Source of the DNA: Eledone cirrhosa
Lineage: Eukaryota
Assembly: GCA_964016885.1 (NCBI GenBank)
Contig: OZ024742.1
Location: 304,854,001 to 304,918,000 of the forward strand
Direction of reading: 5' to 3'
DNA: 64,000 nucleotides
Every line of letters begins with the position of its first letter. Position 1 is the first letter of the stretch. Under the pieces are notes generated by a model. It saw nothing but the letters and a program-made list of their open reading frames with translations, did not search any database and was not told the origin of the DNA. Of the stretch, positions 14,987 to 26,523 are shown in pieces. The position numbers were made by a program, and so were the translations under genes.

Positions 14987-17900
14987 CTACAGGATGGTAT
15001 ACAGAGAAGGCCCATTTACACGAGCCATTCTCGCCACTATCACCCACCTTTCATAAAACTGCCTGTGGCCAAGCACCTCTCTCTCCATTCTTATCCTTCT
15101 TCCGAAGTGATATCGGAAGAAGTAGACCAGACTATGGCCAGAGAGGAAGTTGCCTGACCTCAGACCTTTCAATCGTGTCCACCAAACAACCTCTTTCAAC
15201 ATGGCTATTACGCACAGAAAAACCGCCTTTGCTTCCTTTGTGAAGAGGGGAGGCGGTTTGATTGTCATCACGGACTCGGCGGTCAATTTAATCGGCGCCA
15301 CCCGCGACAGCAGTTGTTCGGCGTAGCCCCACAGATCAGCCACGCCAGGACATTGCACCAATGCGTGCGCCACGGTTTCTTCGTGACGCACGCACCTAGG
15401 GCAAATCTTTTTTGAGGGATCCCTGCCCGGGCGCCCGTGTCTGTAGAGCCTCTCTCGAACGGGTAGAGCCCCTCGGTAGCACTGCCAGGCCAGTGACTTC
15501 TGGAAGTTGTCCATTGGTCCCGGGCCGAAAGTCCTACCGAACAGGCTGGCCAGTTCGTCTTCTTCCATGTCCAGCGACTCTCCAAGGGTGTCATCGCCCC
15601 TGCTAGCCACCAGCCCTCTATAGAATGATGAGGTGGATTCTCCACCGATGGCCCGGCCCGCTTGCCAGAGAGCCCTGAGCGCCTGAGCACACTCAGTGTG
15701 CCAGTCTCCCAGTTTTCCGGATCTTTGCTTGACCCAGGACTGTAGCTCGGTGAGTGAGACGAGTCTCGGAAAGGCTCGTTTCACGAACGGAGCCCACACC
15801 GGTTGACCAGTGAGGAATACCTGTAGGTGCCGTAGCCTTAATGCGTGCCTACGCATCATCAACCACGGCATCCCCAGCCCTCCTTTCGAAGGTTGTTGGC
15901 AGCAGATGGATCTTCTCACCATAGGAGGACGCTTCTTCCAAAGAAATTGGAAGAGCATGCGTTCCATGGTGGTGAGTGTTTCCTTAGGGCAAGGCACGAC
16001 AGTCAGGCGGTAGTAAGTGACGGACGCTATGTAAATGTTCGCCACCTCCGCCCTGCCTTTTAGGGACAGCTTACACTTGGCCCATTTCTGGGTTAGTGCA
16101 AACACCTTGTTCGTAACCTCGTTCCAGTTCTTTTCCACCTGGAGGTCCGGTCCAAACCAGACCCCAAGCAACTTTACCGGGCCCTCCGTCCAGTGTCCGA
16201 CGACACCGTCAGGAGGCATCGGTCTGCCTCTCCACGTTCCGAGTTGCAGCCCGATGGATTTTTCCCGGTTCAGTTTCGCTCCTGACAACCTTTCGTACTC
16301 CTCCAGTAAGGTACCGATCGCCTCGATCTCCGAGTCGGTTGATACCATTACTGTTACGTCATCGGCGTAGGCCGACACCGCTTTGCTCAATCCTGGTTCC
16401 AGGGGGATACCCTGCAACAACTCCAACTTCCTCAGTAAAGGCTCGAGAGTCAATACGTACAGAAGGGAGGAGAGAGGGCACCCCTGTCGAATGGATCGTG
16501 TGATTTCGAACGGCTTCGAAAGGTAGCCGTTCACCTTGATCCTAGAACAGATGTGGTTGCTATGTAGGGCAGTGATCCAGCCTCTGAAAACAGGACCGAA
16601 CCCAGCCGCCGCTAGCACCGCATCCAGGTAACCATGGTCGACCCTATCGAAGGCCTTAGACTGATCCAAGTTGATCAGGGCCCCACCGAAGCCGGGTTTG
16701 TTGCCAACCCTCTCTATGATGTATCGCATGAGGTGGAGGTTATCGTGAATGGACCTGGATGGGATAGCACATGTCTGCGCATCTCCCACCAGGCCACTCA
16801 CGACAAGCGCCAACCTCTTTGCTAACACCTTGGCCAAAATCTTTAACTCTGTGTTTAGCAGGGTTATGGGCCGAAAATTATTTATACTATCCCCCTTTTT
16901 CTCGTCCTTCCTCACCAGCGTGACTACGCCCTTGGCTACAGAACAAGGAATTCTCCCGTTCTGCTGCCAATTGCAGTAGACCGCTGCGAGGAGTTCGGAG
17001 AAGAAGACCGGCATTGCTAAATAAAGTTCGTAAGGTATACCATCGAGACCTGGAGATTTGCGTCTGCTGCATTGGCTCAGCGCATCTCCGATCTCATCAG
17101 CCGAGATTGGTCCCTCGCAGGACTCTGCCTCTTTGTTCGAGAGACGCGGCAGGCCGTCGAGGTATGGACCGAAATCCACGCCCCGGCCCGGACCCTCGCC
17201 TCCCCCGAACAATCGGGCAAAGTGCTTTTGAAAGGCCTCGCACATCTGCTTAGGCTCCCGGATCACTCGTCCATCTTCGTCTTGCAACGACCGGATGGTG
17301 GATCGATTTCCACTTTTAGCTTCTGTCACGCGGGCCCATCCAACGGCTTTGGCCCCCTCATTACCTAGAGCACGTATTTTACTTCGAATGACGCAGCCTT
17401 CATGCTTTGCATCGAAAAACTGGTTCAAGGCCGTCCTCGATGCCAGCACTCTGGCCACATCTTCGCTCTTGATTGCCTCTTCTAATTTACCTGTTAATTC
17501 TTTCTCGTTTCTATTCCTATTGGCAGCTAACATCTTGCTATAACTTATTGATTCTGTTCTAATCTCTCTTTTGAGAGATGCCCACCATCGGTTGTTGACG
17601 ATTGCACCCGTCAACCTCTCCTTAACTAATCTGCTAATCCGGTTTCTGTAAGTCTCTTTTGCCGGTAAAGACAAATTAAGTTTCCAGTAACCGGGACCCT
17701 GTCTATGTGTTTTCTCGAGATTGACCACGCAGGTCACTAATTTGTGATCCGTGTAGCCAACCGTGCGCATTTCTGGACAGCTTAATATGTCCCTATCCTT
17801 ACTTCTAACTAAGAATCTATCTAAGTACGATCTAGATTGACCACTGTGGTTTCTCCAAGTCCAGGTAGGCACAGTTGGAAAATCTAGTCGATATCTATCG

Positions 17901-18424
17901 ACCAAGTTAAAACGGTCGAGTAACCCCTTGAGGCTGTTACACCCCCCTCTATTAGGACATGCTCCTGCATAGTCCCATCGTGCATCTAGGATGTCATTCC
18001 AATCCCCCGCTAGAAGCAGGGAACGCGACGTTCCCAGAAAAGTCTCCAAACGCTGGAAGAAGTCGGGCCGTTCAGCTCCGAAAGGGGAGTAGACGGCGAC
18101 CAGTCTCAAGGCCGCACTTTCACTACTGCCAACGTCTAGCACCAACAAACGACCCTCCGGGTCCGAGTGCACAACCTGTACGGCAAGACCCAGGTGTTTT
18201 TGCAGCAGCACGACAACCCCACCCCCACCTCCAGGTTGACAGAGAGATGCATGCACCTCAAAGTCATCGAAGGTGGGGGCCAGCTGCCGCATGACGCTGA
18301 TTCGAGTCTCACAGATAACCATTACATTTATACTACATGACCTGAGGTCATTTAGAAGCTTTGCTTGCTTCCAAGTTGAGCCCAGGCCACGTGCATTCAA
18401 ACATCCTACTCTTAACACATCCAT
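14987..18424 (-). CDS. ORF2: APE endonuclease + reverse transcriptase + C-terminal zinc finger (1145 aa)
   Basis: APE motifs LNARGL, ICETR, GDWN, YLDRFL, TDHKLV; RT motifs SPGLDG, FRPITLLN, DQSKAFDRV, RQGCPLS, YADDV, LLGV; zinc finger CPRC..ETVAHALVQC. Confidence 0.97.
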   Translation of the reverse strand: MDVLRVGCLNARGLGSTWKQAKLLNDLRSCSINVMVICETRISVMRQLAPTFDDFEVHASLCQPGGGGGVVVLLQKHLGLAVQVVHSDPEGRLLVLDVGSSESAALRLVAVYSPFGAERPDFFQRLETFLGTSRSLLLAGDWNDILDARWDYAGACPNRGGCNSLKGLLDRFNLVDRYRLDFPTVPTWTWRNHSGQSRSYLDRFLVRSKDRDILSCPEMRTVGYTDHKLVTCVVNLEKTHRQGPGYWKLNLSLPAKETYRNRISRLVKERLTGAIVNNRWWASLKREIRTESISYSKMLAANRNRNEKELTGKLEEAIKSEDVARVLASRTALNQFFDAKHEGCVIRSKIRALGNEGAKAVGWARVTEAKSGNRSTIRSLQDEDGRVIREPKQMCEAFQKHFARLFGGGEGPGRGVDFGPYLDGLPRLSNKEAESCEGPISADEIGDALSQCSRRKSPGLDGIPYELYLAMPVFFSELLAAVYCNWQQNGRIPCSVAKGVVTLVRKDEKKGDSINNFRPITLLNTELKILAKVLAKRLALVVSGLVGDAQTCAIPSRSIHDNLHLMRYIIERVGNKPGFGGALINLDQSKAFDRVDHGYLDAVLAAAGFGPVFRGWITALHSNHICSRIKVNGYLSKPFEITRSIRQGCPLSSLLYVLTLEPLLRKLELLQGIPLEPGLSKAVSAYADDVTVMVSTDSEIEAIGTLLEEYERLSGAKLNREKSIGLQLGTWRGRPMPPDGVVGHWTEGPVKLLGVWFGPDLQVEKNWNEVTNKVFALTQKWAKCKLSLKGRAEVANIYIASVTYYRLTVVPCPKETLTTMERMLFQFLWKKRPPMVRRSICCQQPSKGGLGMPWLMMRRHALRLRHLQVFLTGQPVWAPFVKRAFPRLVSLTELQSWVKQRSGKLGDWHTECAQALRALWQAGRAIGGESTSSFYRGLVASRGDDTLGESLDMEEDELASLFGRTFGPGPMDNFQKSLAWQCYRGALPVRERLYRHGRPGRDPSKKICPRCVRHEETVAHALVQCPGVADLWGYAEQLLSRVAPIKLTAESVMTIKPPPLFTKEAKAVFLCVIAMLKEVVWWTRLKGLRSGNFLSGHSLVYFFRYHFGRRIRMEREVLGHRQFYERWVIVARMARVNGPSLYTIL

Positions 18425-18457
18425 GTGGGCGGCAGAGCCAAAGGAGAGTGTAGAGAC

Positions 18458-20338
18458 CTACCTTTCCGCTTCCCGGGGTTCGGGTTGCACGACTTCCATG
18501 GGGTCGGGGGTGTTGGGTGAAGGGGTGTCTTGTGGTGGTGTGGGGTCGTCGGTGTGTGGTGGGGTTGGGGTGTTTGGAGTTGTGTTGGGGAGGGGAAGGG
18601 GAGGGGGAAAGCTTTTTAGTAGGACGCGGTTTATGGGTTTGACAGAGGGTGGTCCTACGTCCTCCTTAAAATCCTTTTTTAGTTTTTGGTAGAGGTTCAT
18701 TGGGATTTTTATTAGTTTTAAATGTGGGTGGTTTTCTGATGAAACAAAGTTTACACCTTCGGTTTGTACCGAAGGATTATTGTATATGAGTTCATTTAAT
18801 TTATTATTGTTTCTGTTGATGTAAGTATAGTGTAATGTCTTTTTTTCCGATGGTGTGAGTGTTTCGAAGAGGGGAGGGGCAGGTTTGGTTTTGTTTGTTG
18901 CTGGAGGGGTGTTTTCTGTTTTGTTAGATTGTGTTGCGATTTGGGTGGGGGTTGTTTGTCCTTGTGTGTTTTGCACATGTTTTCTTTTTTTCCTTTTAAT
19001 CTGTCTGAAGGACTCCGTTTCTTCCTCCGAATTCGTTGGGTTATCTTCAGTGTTGGAGGGAAGAGGTATGTTTGCTGGTAATGTTTCCGTGTTGGTTTTC
19101 TTTGTGGGGGAGATGGATGTCACTATGTTAGACTGTGTTGTGTGTTGTGTCTGCGGTGGTTGTGTTGTTTTATTGAGTGAGAGGTTGGGTGGGCCTGTAT
19201 TTTGTTTTGGGGTAATGTGTTGTGACTGTTTGTGTTGTGGTGGTGTTGTGGTGTTACTGAGGGACGGGTTGGGTGGGACTGAGTTTTGTTGTTTGTTTAT
19301 CTGTTGTGGTGGTGGTGGTGGAGCTGGTGTTGGTAGCAGGGTTTTCTTTTTGTTGAGTTGGGGACAAGCGGCCTTCAGGTGCCCTCTGCCTGCACAGATA
19401 TGGCAGGACGGCCTTCTCCCCTCCACGCTAATGTTTATATACCCGTGGTCCTCTAATAGGATTCTGTCGGGTATTTGGGCGATGCGTTCAGGCTTCATTT
19501 GTACTACCAGCTCTATACCTGTTCCACTGAACGCATTGCCTGTGGTTTTCCCAATGGAAATCACGTTGTCATTCACTGGATCGATGAAGCCAGCTATGAG
19601 CCAGCAGTAGTCCACATCTGGCATCATTGCATCCAGCCATATGCGTTGAGTTTTTTTTCCCATATAAGATGGATAAAAGGTGAAATTTTTCGAACGAATC
19701 GGTGACAAAGCACATTTTTTTGCTGCCGATTCGTTCTTCATGATAATTGCTAGACTTCCATACAGTCTGTCTTTTCTTATGAAAGTTGTTTCATTCAGTA
19801 CTTCTGCGAGTACTGTTTTGATATCTGCTTGAGAAGGCTGTTCAGGTTTTTTTGTACTGTTGTTGATGGTCCGAAACTTGACCGTTCGGCTTTCAATGTC
19901 TTTCGTGAATTCTTGAGGCATTTTTACCAATAAAATACCATTCTCACCTTCACTTATGTATTGTTTTGCGTCCGTGATCCTTCGTACCACATCTGAAATG
20001 TTTTCCGCTATATAAGTCAAAGATTTCTTTGTTTTCTGTGCAAATGAAATCTGGTCGTCTGCTTTGTTTTCTGATATGATGTTATTTTCAACTGTTATTT
20101 TTTTGTTTGTTGTGTCTTTGTTTGTGTTATTAGTATTGTCATGCAATTTTTCAAATTTTTTTTTTTCGTTGTTTTCGTCATTTAATTTTTTTTCCTCCGC
20201 AGATTCGTCCGTTTTTATTTTCATTTTTCCTTCCTTCTCTATGACGTTAGTTGGGAAGGAAGGGAGGACTAAAGCGTGCGAGCTTACAACTCTTACCGCT
20301 GTCCCCCCACCACTATTTTCGTTCGCTGCGTTTAACAT
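18458..20338 (-). CDS. ORF1 nucleic-acid-binding protein with CCHC zinc knuckle and Pro/Thr/Gln-rich C-terminus (626 aa)
   Basis: CHICAGRGHLKAAC = CX2CX4HX4C; lies immediately upstream of ORF2. Confidence 0.9.
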   Translation of the reverse strand: MLNAANENSGGGTAVRVVSSHALVLPSFPTNVIEKEGKMKIKTDESAEEKKLNDENNEKKKFEKLHDNTNNTNKDTTNKKITVENNIISENKADDQISFAQKTKKSLTYIAENISDVVRRITDAKQYISEGENGILLVKMPQEFTKDIESRTVKFRTINNSTKKPEQPSQADIKTVLAEVLNETTFIRKDRLYGSLAIIMKNESAAKKCALSPIRSKNFTFYPSYMGKKTQRIWLDAMMPDVDYCWLIAGFIDPVNDNVISIGKTTGNAFSGTGIELVVQMKPERIAQIPDRILLEDHGYINISVEGRRPSCHICAGRGHLKAACPQLNKKKTLLPTPAPPPPPQQINKQQNSVPPNPSLSNTTTPPQHKQSQHITPKQNTGPPNLSLNKTTQPPQTQHTTQSNIVTSISPTKKTNTETLPANIPLPSNTEDNPTNSEEETESFRQIKRKKRKHVQNTQGQTTPTQIATQSNKTENTPPATNKTKPAPPLFETLTPSEKKTLHYTYINRNNNKLNELIYNNPSVQTEGVNFVSSENHPHLKLIKIPMNLYQKLKKDFKEDVGPPSVKPINRVLLKSFPPPLPLPNTTPNTPTPPHTDDPTPPQDTPSPNTPDPMEVVQPEPREAER

Positions 20339-20568
20339 TTCTGTTAGACGATTGAAATTTTTTACACAAAATTTTTTAAAACAGGTTTTTCACCTCTAGG
20401 AGGGGTAAAGATGAGCTGACCCACCGCCTGACAGTTCAGACGGAGGGTCAAGCTACACAATTGTATCAAAATTAAGTTTGAACTCACAAAATTTCCTCAA
20501 TAAATTTGAACAAAACTTCTGTGCGAAGTGAATGACATCCACACTGTAGAACAGACGACAGCTAGATT

Positions 20569-20632
<64 letters not shown>

Positions 20633-20884
20633 TGCATTTGAATAATAGATTGGTAGATAGATAGATAGATTTCTTTATTTACCATAAAGGCATAAAAAGA
20701 AGGGACAAATACAAAGGGGGAGTTTACATATAATCGAGTAAAAAGGGTGTAACATGAAAATAATCGAAAATAACCTCAAAAGGGAGGGGACGTGATGGGG
20801 GTTGCACACACCCCCGAAAAAGTGTGCAATCCTTTGCCCGGGGAGCACATGGAGAAGGTGCTCCCCTCTCCTTTACTTCTTTAC

Positions 20885-23800
20885 CTACAGGATGGTATAC
20901 AGAGAAGGCCCATTTACACGAGCCATTCTCGCCACTATCACCCACCTTTCATAAAACTGCCTGTGGCCAAGCACCTCTCTCTCCATTCTTATCCTTCTTC
21001 CGAAGTGATATCGGAAGAAGTAGACCAGACTATGGCCAGAGAGGAAGTTGCCTGACCTCAGACCTTTCAATCGTGTCCACCAAACAACCTCTTTCAACAT
21101 GGCTATTACGCACAGAAAAACCGCCTTTGCTTCCTTTGTGAAGAGGGGAGGCGGTTTGATTGTCATCACGGACTCGGCGGTCAATTTAATCGGCGCCACC
21201 CGCGACAGCAGTTGTTCGGCGTAGCCCCACAGATCAGCCACGCCCGGACATTGCACCAATGCGTGCGCCACGGTTTCTTCGTGACGCACGCATCTAGGGC
21301 AAATCTTTTTTGAGGGATCCCTGCCCGGGCGCCCGTGTGTGTAGAGCCTCTCTCGAACGGGTAGAGCCCCTCGGTAGCACTGCCAGGCCAGTGACTTCTG
21401 GAAGTTGTCCATTGGTCCTGGGCCGAAAGTCCTACCGAACAGGCTGGCCAGTTCGTCTTCTTCCATGTCCAGCGACTCTCCAAGGGTGTCATCGCCCCTG
21501 CTAGCCACCAGCCCTCTATAGAATGATGAGGTGGATTCTCCACCGATGGCCCGGCCCGCTTGCCAGAGAGCCCTGAGCGCCTGAGCACACTCAGTGTGCC
21601 AGTCTCCCAGTTTTCCGGATCTTTGCTTGACCCAGGACTGTAGCTCGGTGAGTGAGACGAGTCTCGGAAAGGCTCGTTTCACGAACGGAGCCCACACCGG
21701 TTGACCAGTGAGGAATACCTGTAGGTGCCGTAGCCTTAATGCGTGCCTACGCATCATCAACCACGGCATCCCCAGCCCTCCTTTCGAAGGTTGTTGGCAG
21801 CAGATGGATCTTCTCACCATAGGAGGACGCTTCTTCCAAAGAAATTGGAAGAGCATGCGTTCCATGGTGGTGAGTGTTTCCTTAGGGCAAGGCACGACAG
21901 TCAGGCGGTAGTAAGTGACGGACGCTATGTAAATGTTCGCCACCTCCGCCCGGCCTTTTAGGGACAGCTTACACTTGGCCCATTTCTGGGTTAGTGCAAA
22001 CACCTTGTTCGTAACCTCGTTCCAGTTCTTTTCCACCTGGAGGTCCGGTCCAAACCAGACCCCAAGCAACTTTACCGGGCCCTCCGTCCAGTGTCCGACG
22101 ACACCGTCAGGAGGCATCGGTTTGCCTCTCCACGTTCCGAGTTGCAGCCCGATGGATTTTTCCCGGTTCAGTTTCGCTCCTGACAACCTTTCGTACTCCT
22201 CCAGTAAGGTACCGATCGCCTCGATCTCCGAGTCGGTTGATACCATTACTGTTACGTCATCGGCGTAGGCCGACACCGCTTTGCTCAATCCTGGTTCCAG
22301 GGGGATACCCTGCAACAACTCCAACTTCCTCAGTAAAGGCTCGAGAGTCAATACGTACAGAAGGGAGGAGAGAGGGCACCCCTGTCGAATGGATCGTGTG
22401 ATTTCGAACGGCTTCGAAAGGTAGCCGTTCACCTTGATCCTAGAACAGATGTGGTTGCTATGTAGGGCAGTGATCCAGCCTCTGAAAACAGGACCGAACC
22501 CAGCCGCCGCTAGCACCGCATCCAGGTAACCATGGTCGACCCTATCGAAGGCCTTAGACTGATCCAAGTTGATCAGGGCCCCACCGAAGCCGGGTTTGTT
22601 GCCAACCCTCTCTATGATGTATCGCATGAGGTGGAGGTTATCGTGAATGGACCTGGATGGGATAGCACATGTCTGCGCATCTCCCACCAGGCCACCCACG
22701 ACAAGCGCCAACCTCTTTGCTAACACCTTGGCCAAAATCTTTAACTCTGTGTTTAGCAGGGTTATGGGCCGAAAATTATTTATACTATCCCCCTTGTTCT
22801 CGTCCTTCCTCACCAGCGTGACTACGCCCTTGGCTACAGAACAAGGAATTCTCCCGTTCTGCTGCCAATTGCAGTAGACCGCTTCGAGGAGTTCGGAGAA
22901 GAAGACCGGCATTGCTAAATAAAGTTCGTAAGGTATACCATCGAGACCTGGAGATTTGCGTCTGCTGCATTGGCTCAGCGCATCTCCGATCTCATCAGCC
23001 GAGATTGGTCCCTCGCAGGACTCTGCCTCTTTGTTCGAGAGACGCGGCAGGCCGTCGAGGTATGGACCGAAATCCACGCCCCGGCCCGGACCCTCGCCTC
23101 CCCCGAACAATCGGGCAAAGTGCTTTTGAAAGGCCTCGCACATCTGCTTAGGCTCCCGGATCACTCGTCCATCTTCGTCTTGCAACGACCGGATGGTGGA
23201 TCGATTTCCACTTTTAGCTTCTGTCACGCGGGCCCATCCAACGGCTTTGGCCCCCTCATTACCTAGAGCACGTATTTTACTTCGAATGACGCAGCCTTCA
23301 TGCTTTGCATCGAAAAACTGGTTCAAGGCCGTCCTCGATGCCAGCACTCTGGCCACATCTTCGCTCTTGATTGCCTCTTCTAATTTACCTGTTAATTCTT
23401 TCTCGTTTCTATTCCTATTGGCAGCTAACATCTTGCTATAACTTATTGATTCTGTTCTAATCTCTCTTTTGAGAGATGCCCACCATCGGTTGTTGACGAT
23501 TGCACCCGTCAACCTCTCCTTAACTAATCTGCTAATCCGGTTTCTGTAAGTCTCTTTTGCCGGTAAAGACAAATTAAGTTTCCAGTAACCGGGACCCTGT
23601 CTATGTGTTTTCTCGAGATTGACCACGCAGGTCACTAATTTGTGATCCGTGTAGCCAACCGTGCGCATTTCTGGACAGCTTAATATGTCCCTATCCTTAC
23701 TTCTAACTAAGAATCTATCTAAGTACGATCTAGCTTGACCACTGTGGTTTCTCCAAGTCCAGGTAGGCACAGTTGGAAAATCTAGTCGATATCTATCGAC

Positions 23801-24322
23801 CAAGTTAAAACGGTCGAGTAACCCCTTGAGGCTGTTACACCCCCCTCTATTAGGACATGCTCCTGCATAGTCCCAACGTGCATCCAGGATGTCATTCCAA
23901 TCCCCCGCTAGAAGCAGGGAACGCGACGTTCCCAGAAAAGTCTCCAAACGCTGGAAGAAGTCGGGCCGTTCAGCTCCGAAAGGGGAGTAGACGGCGACCA
24001 GTCTCAAGGCCGCACTTTCACTACTGCCAACGTCTAGCACCAACAAACGACCCTCCGGGTCCGAGTGCACAACCTGTACGGCAAGACCCAGGTGTTTTTG
24101 CAGCAGCACGACAACCCCACCCCCACCTCCAGGTTGACAGAGAGATGCATGCACCTCAAAGTCATCGAAGGTGGGGGCCAGCTGCCGCACGACGCTGATT
24201 CGAGTCTCACAGATAACCATTACATTTATACTACATGACCTGAGGTCATTTAGAAGCTTTGCTTGCTTCCAAGTTGAGCCCAGGCCACGTGCATTCAAAC
24301 ATCCTACTCTTAACACATCCAT
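20885..24322 (-). CDS. ORF2 APE-RT-zinc finger (1145 aa), intact
   Basis: Same motifs as E2 ORF2. I count seven amino-acid differences by eye (M/V, S/A, A/E, K/N, S/G, R/K, R/T). Confidence 0.96.
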   Translation of the reverse strand: MDVLRVGCLNARGLGSTWKQAKLLNDLRSCSINVMVICETRISVVRQLAPTFDDFEVHASLCQPGGGGGVVVLLQKHLGLAVQVVHSDPEGRLLVLDVGSSESAALRLVAVYSPFGAERPDFFQRLETFLGTSRSLLLAGDWNDILDARWDYAGACPNRGGCNSLKGLLDRFNLVDRYRLDFPTVPTWTWRNHSGQARSYLDRFLVRSKDRDILSCPEMRTVGYTDHKLVTCVVNLEKTHRQGPGYWKLNLSLPAKETYRNRISRLVKERLTGAIVNNRWWASLKREIRTESISYSKMLAANRNRNEKELTGKLEEAIKSEDVARVLASRTALNQFFDAKHEGCVIRSKIRALGNEGAKAVGWARVTEAKSGNRSTIRSLQDEDGRVIREPKQMCEAFQKHFARLFGGGEGPGRGVDFGPYLDGLPRLSNKEAESCEGPISADEIGDALSQCSRRKSPGLDGIPYELYLAMPVFFSELLEAVYCNWQQNGRIPCSVAKGVVTLVRKDENKGDSINNFRPITLLNTELKILAKVLAKRLALVVGGLVGDAQTCAIPSRSIHDNLHLMRYIIERVGNKPGFGGALINLDQSKAFDRVDHGYLDAVLAAAGFGPVFRGWITALHSNHICSRIKVNGYLSKPFEITRSIRQGCPLSSLLYVLTLEPLLRKLELLQGIPLEPGLSKAVSAYADDVTVMVSTDSEIEAIGTLLEEYERLSGAKLNREKSIGLQLGTWRGKPMPPDGVVGHWTEGPVKLLGVWFGPDLQVEKNWNEVTNKVFALTQKWAKCKLSLKGRAEVANIYIASVTYYRLTVVPCPKETLTTMERMLFQFLWKKRPPMVRRSICCQQPSKGGLGMPWLMMRRHALRLRHLQVFLTGQPVWAPFVKRAFPRLVSLTELQSWVKQRSGKLGDWHTECAQALRALWQAGRAIGGESTSSFYRGLVASRGDDTLGESLDMEEDELASLFGRTFGPGPMDNFQKSLAWQCYRGALPVRERLYTHGRPGRDPSKKICPRCVRHEETVAHALVQCPGVADLWGYAEQLLSRVAPIKLTAESVMTIKPPPLFTKEAKAVFLCVIAMLKEVVWWTRLKGLRSGNFLSGHSLVYFFRYHFGRRIRMEREVLGHRQFYERWVIVARMARVNGPSLYTIL

Positions 24323-24355
24323 GTGGGCGGCAGAGCCAAAGGAGAGTGTAGAGAC

Positions 24356-26232
24356 CTACCTTTCCGCTTCCCGGGGTTCGGGTTGCACGACTTCCATGGG
24401 GTCGGGGGTGTTGGGTGAAGGGGTGTCTTGTGGTGGTGTGGGGTCGTCGGTGTGTGGTGGGGTTGGGGTGTTTGGAGTTGTGTTGGGGAGGGGAAGGGGA
24501 GGGGGAAAGCTTTTTAGTAGGACGCGGTTTATGGGTTTGACAGAGGGTGGTCCTACGTCCTCCTTAAAATCCTTTTTTAGTTTTTGGTAGAGGTTCATTG
24601 GGATTTTTATTAGTTTTAAATGTGGGTGGTTTTCTGATGAAACAAAGTTTACACCTTCGGTTTGTACCGAAGGATTATTGTATATGAGTTCATTTAATTT
24701 ATTATTGTTTCTGTTGATGTAAGTATAGTGTAATGTCTTTTTTTCCGATGGTGTGAGTGTTTCGAAGAGGGGAGGGGCAGGTTTGGTTTTGTTTGTTGCT
24801 GGAGGGGTGTTTTCTGTTTTGTTAGATTGTGTTGCGATTTGGGTGGGGGTTGTTTGTCCTTGTGTGTTTTGCACATGTTTTCTTTTTTTCCTTTTAATCT
24901 GTCTGAAGGACTCCGTTTCTTCCTCCGAATTCGTTGGGTTATCTTCAGTGTTGGAGGGAAGAGGTATGTTTGCTGGTAATGTTTCCGTGTTGGTTTTCTT
25001 TGTGGGGGAGATGGATGTCACTATGTTAGACTGTGTTGTGTGTTGTGTCTGCGGTGGTTGTGTTGTTTTATTGAGTGAGAGGTTGGGTGGGCCTGTATTT
25101 TGTTTTGGGGTAATGTGTTGTGACTGTTTGTGTTGTGGTGGTGTTGTGGTGTTACTGAGGGACGGGTTGGGTGGGACTGAGTTTTGTTGTTTGTTTATCT
25201 GTTGTGGTGGTGGTGGTGGAGCTGGTGTTGGTAGCAGGGTTTTCTTTTTGTTGAGTTGGGGACAAGCGGCCTTCAGGTGCCTTCTGCCTGCACAGATATG
25301 GCAGGACGGCCTTCTCCCCTCCACGCTAATGTTTATATACCCGTGGTCCTCTAATAGGATTCTGTCGGGTATTTGGGCGATGCGTTCAGGCTTCATTTGT
25401 ACTACCAGCTCTATACCTGTTCCACTGAACGCATTGCCTGTGGTTTTCCCAATGGAAATCACGTTGTCATTCACTGGATCGATGAAGCCAGCTATGAGCC
25501 AGCAGTAGTCCACATCTGGCATCATTGCATCCAGCCATATGCGTTGAGTTTTTTTCCCATATAAGATGGATAAAAGGTGAAATTTTTCGAACGAATCGGT
25601 GACAAAGCACATTTTTTTGCCGCCGATTCGTTCTTCATGATAATTGCTAGGCTTCCATACAGTCTGTCTTTTCTTATGAAAGTGGTTTCATTCAGTACTT
25701 CTGCGAGTACTGTTTTGATATCTGCTTGAGAAGGCTGTTCAGGTTTTTTTGTACTGTTGTTGATGGTCCGAAACTTGACCGTTCGGCTTTCAATGTCTTT
25801 CGTGAATTCTTGAGGCATTTTTACCAATAAAATACCATTCTCACCTTCACTTATGTATTGTTTTGCGTCCGTGATCCTTCGTACCACTTCTGAAATGTTT
25901 TCCGCTATATAAGTCAAAGATTTCTTTGTTTTCTGTGCAAATGAAATCTTGTCGTCTGCTTTGTTTTCTGATATGATGTTATTTTCAACTGTTATTTTTT
26001 TGTTTGTTGTGTCTTTGTTTGTGTTATTAGTATTGTCATGCAATTTTTCAAATTTTTTTTTTTCGTTGTTTTCGTCATTTAATTTTTTCTCCGCAGATTC
26101 GTCCGTTTTTATTTTCATTTTTCCTTCCTTCTCTATGACGTTAGTTGGGAAGGAAGGGAGGACTAAAGCGTGCGAGCTTACAACTCTTACCGCTGTCCCC
26201 CCACCACTATTTTCGTTCGCTGCGTTTAACAT
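24356..26232 (-). pseudogene. E3 ORF1, split by a 1 bp indel in a homopolymer (real mutation or sequencing error)
   Basis: ORFs 25522..26232 and 24356..25612 together reconstitute the E2 ORF1. The T-run at ~25549-25555 is one base shorter than that at ~19651-19658. Confidence 0.85.
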
Positions 26233-26469
26233 TTCTGTTAGACGATTGAAATTTTTTACACAAAATTTTTTAAAACAGGTTTTTCACCTCTAGGAGGGGT
26301 AAAGATGAGCTGACCCACCGCCTGACAGTTCAGACGGAGGGTCAAGCTACACAATTGTATCAAAATTAAGTTTGAACTCACAAAATTTCCTCAATAAATT
26401 TGAACAAAACTTCTGTGCGAAGTGAATGACATCCACACTGTAGAACAGACGACAGCTAGATTGGATTGG

Positions 26470-26523
<54 letters not shown>

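Larger units (their letters stand above)
14772..20562 (-). mobile_element. Full-length L1/Tx1-clade non-LTR retrotransposon (copy E2), ~5.8 kb, both ORFs open
   Basis: 5' end GCTGTCGTCTGTTC shared with E3; ~220 nt 5'UTR, ORF1, 33 nt spacer, ORF2, ~215 nt 3'UTR ending AATAAAGAAA then (TCTA)n. Confidence 0.95.
20670..26457 (-). mobile_element. Full-length L1/Tx1-clade retrotransposon (copy E3), near-identical to E2
   Basis: Same termini as E2, offset by ~5.9 kb; only scattered substitutions and two small indels in ORF1. Confidence 0.95.

Noticed and set aside
18855-19610. 251 aa plus-strand Cys/Val/Gly-rich ORF (also 24753-25508)
   Set aside because: Antisense shadow of the A/C-rich low-complexity part of ORF1.
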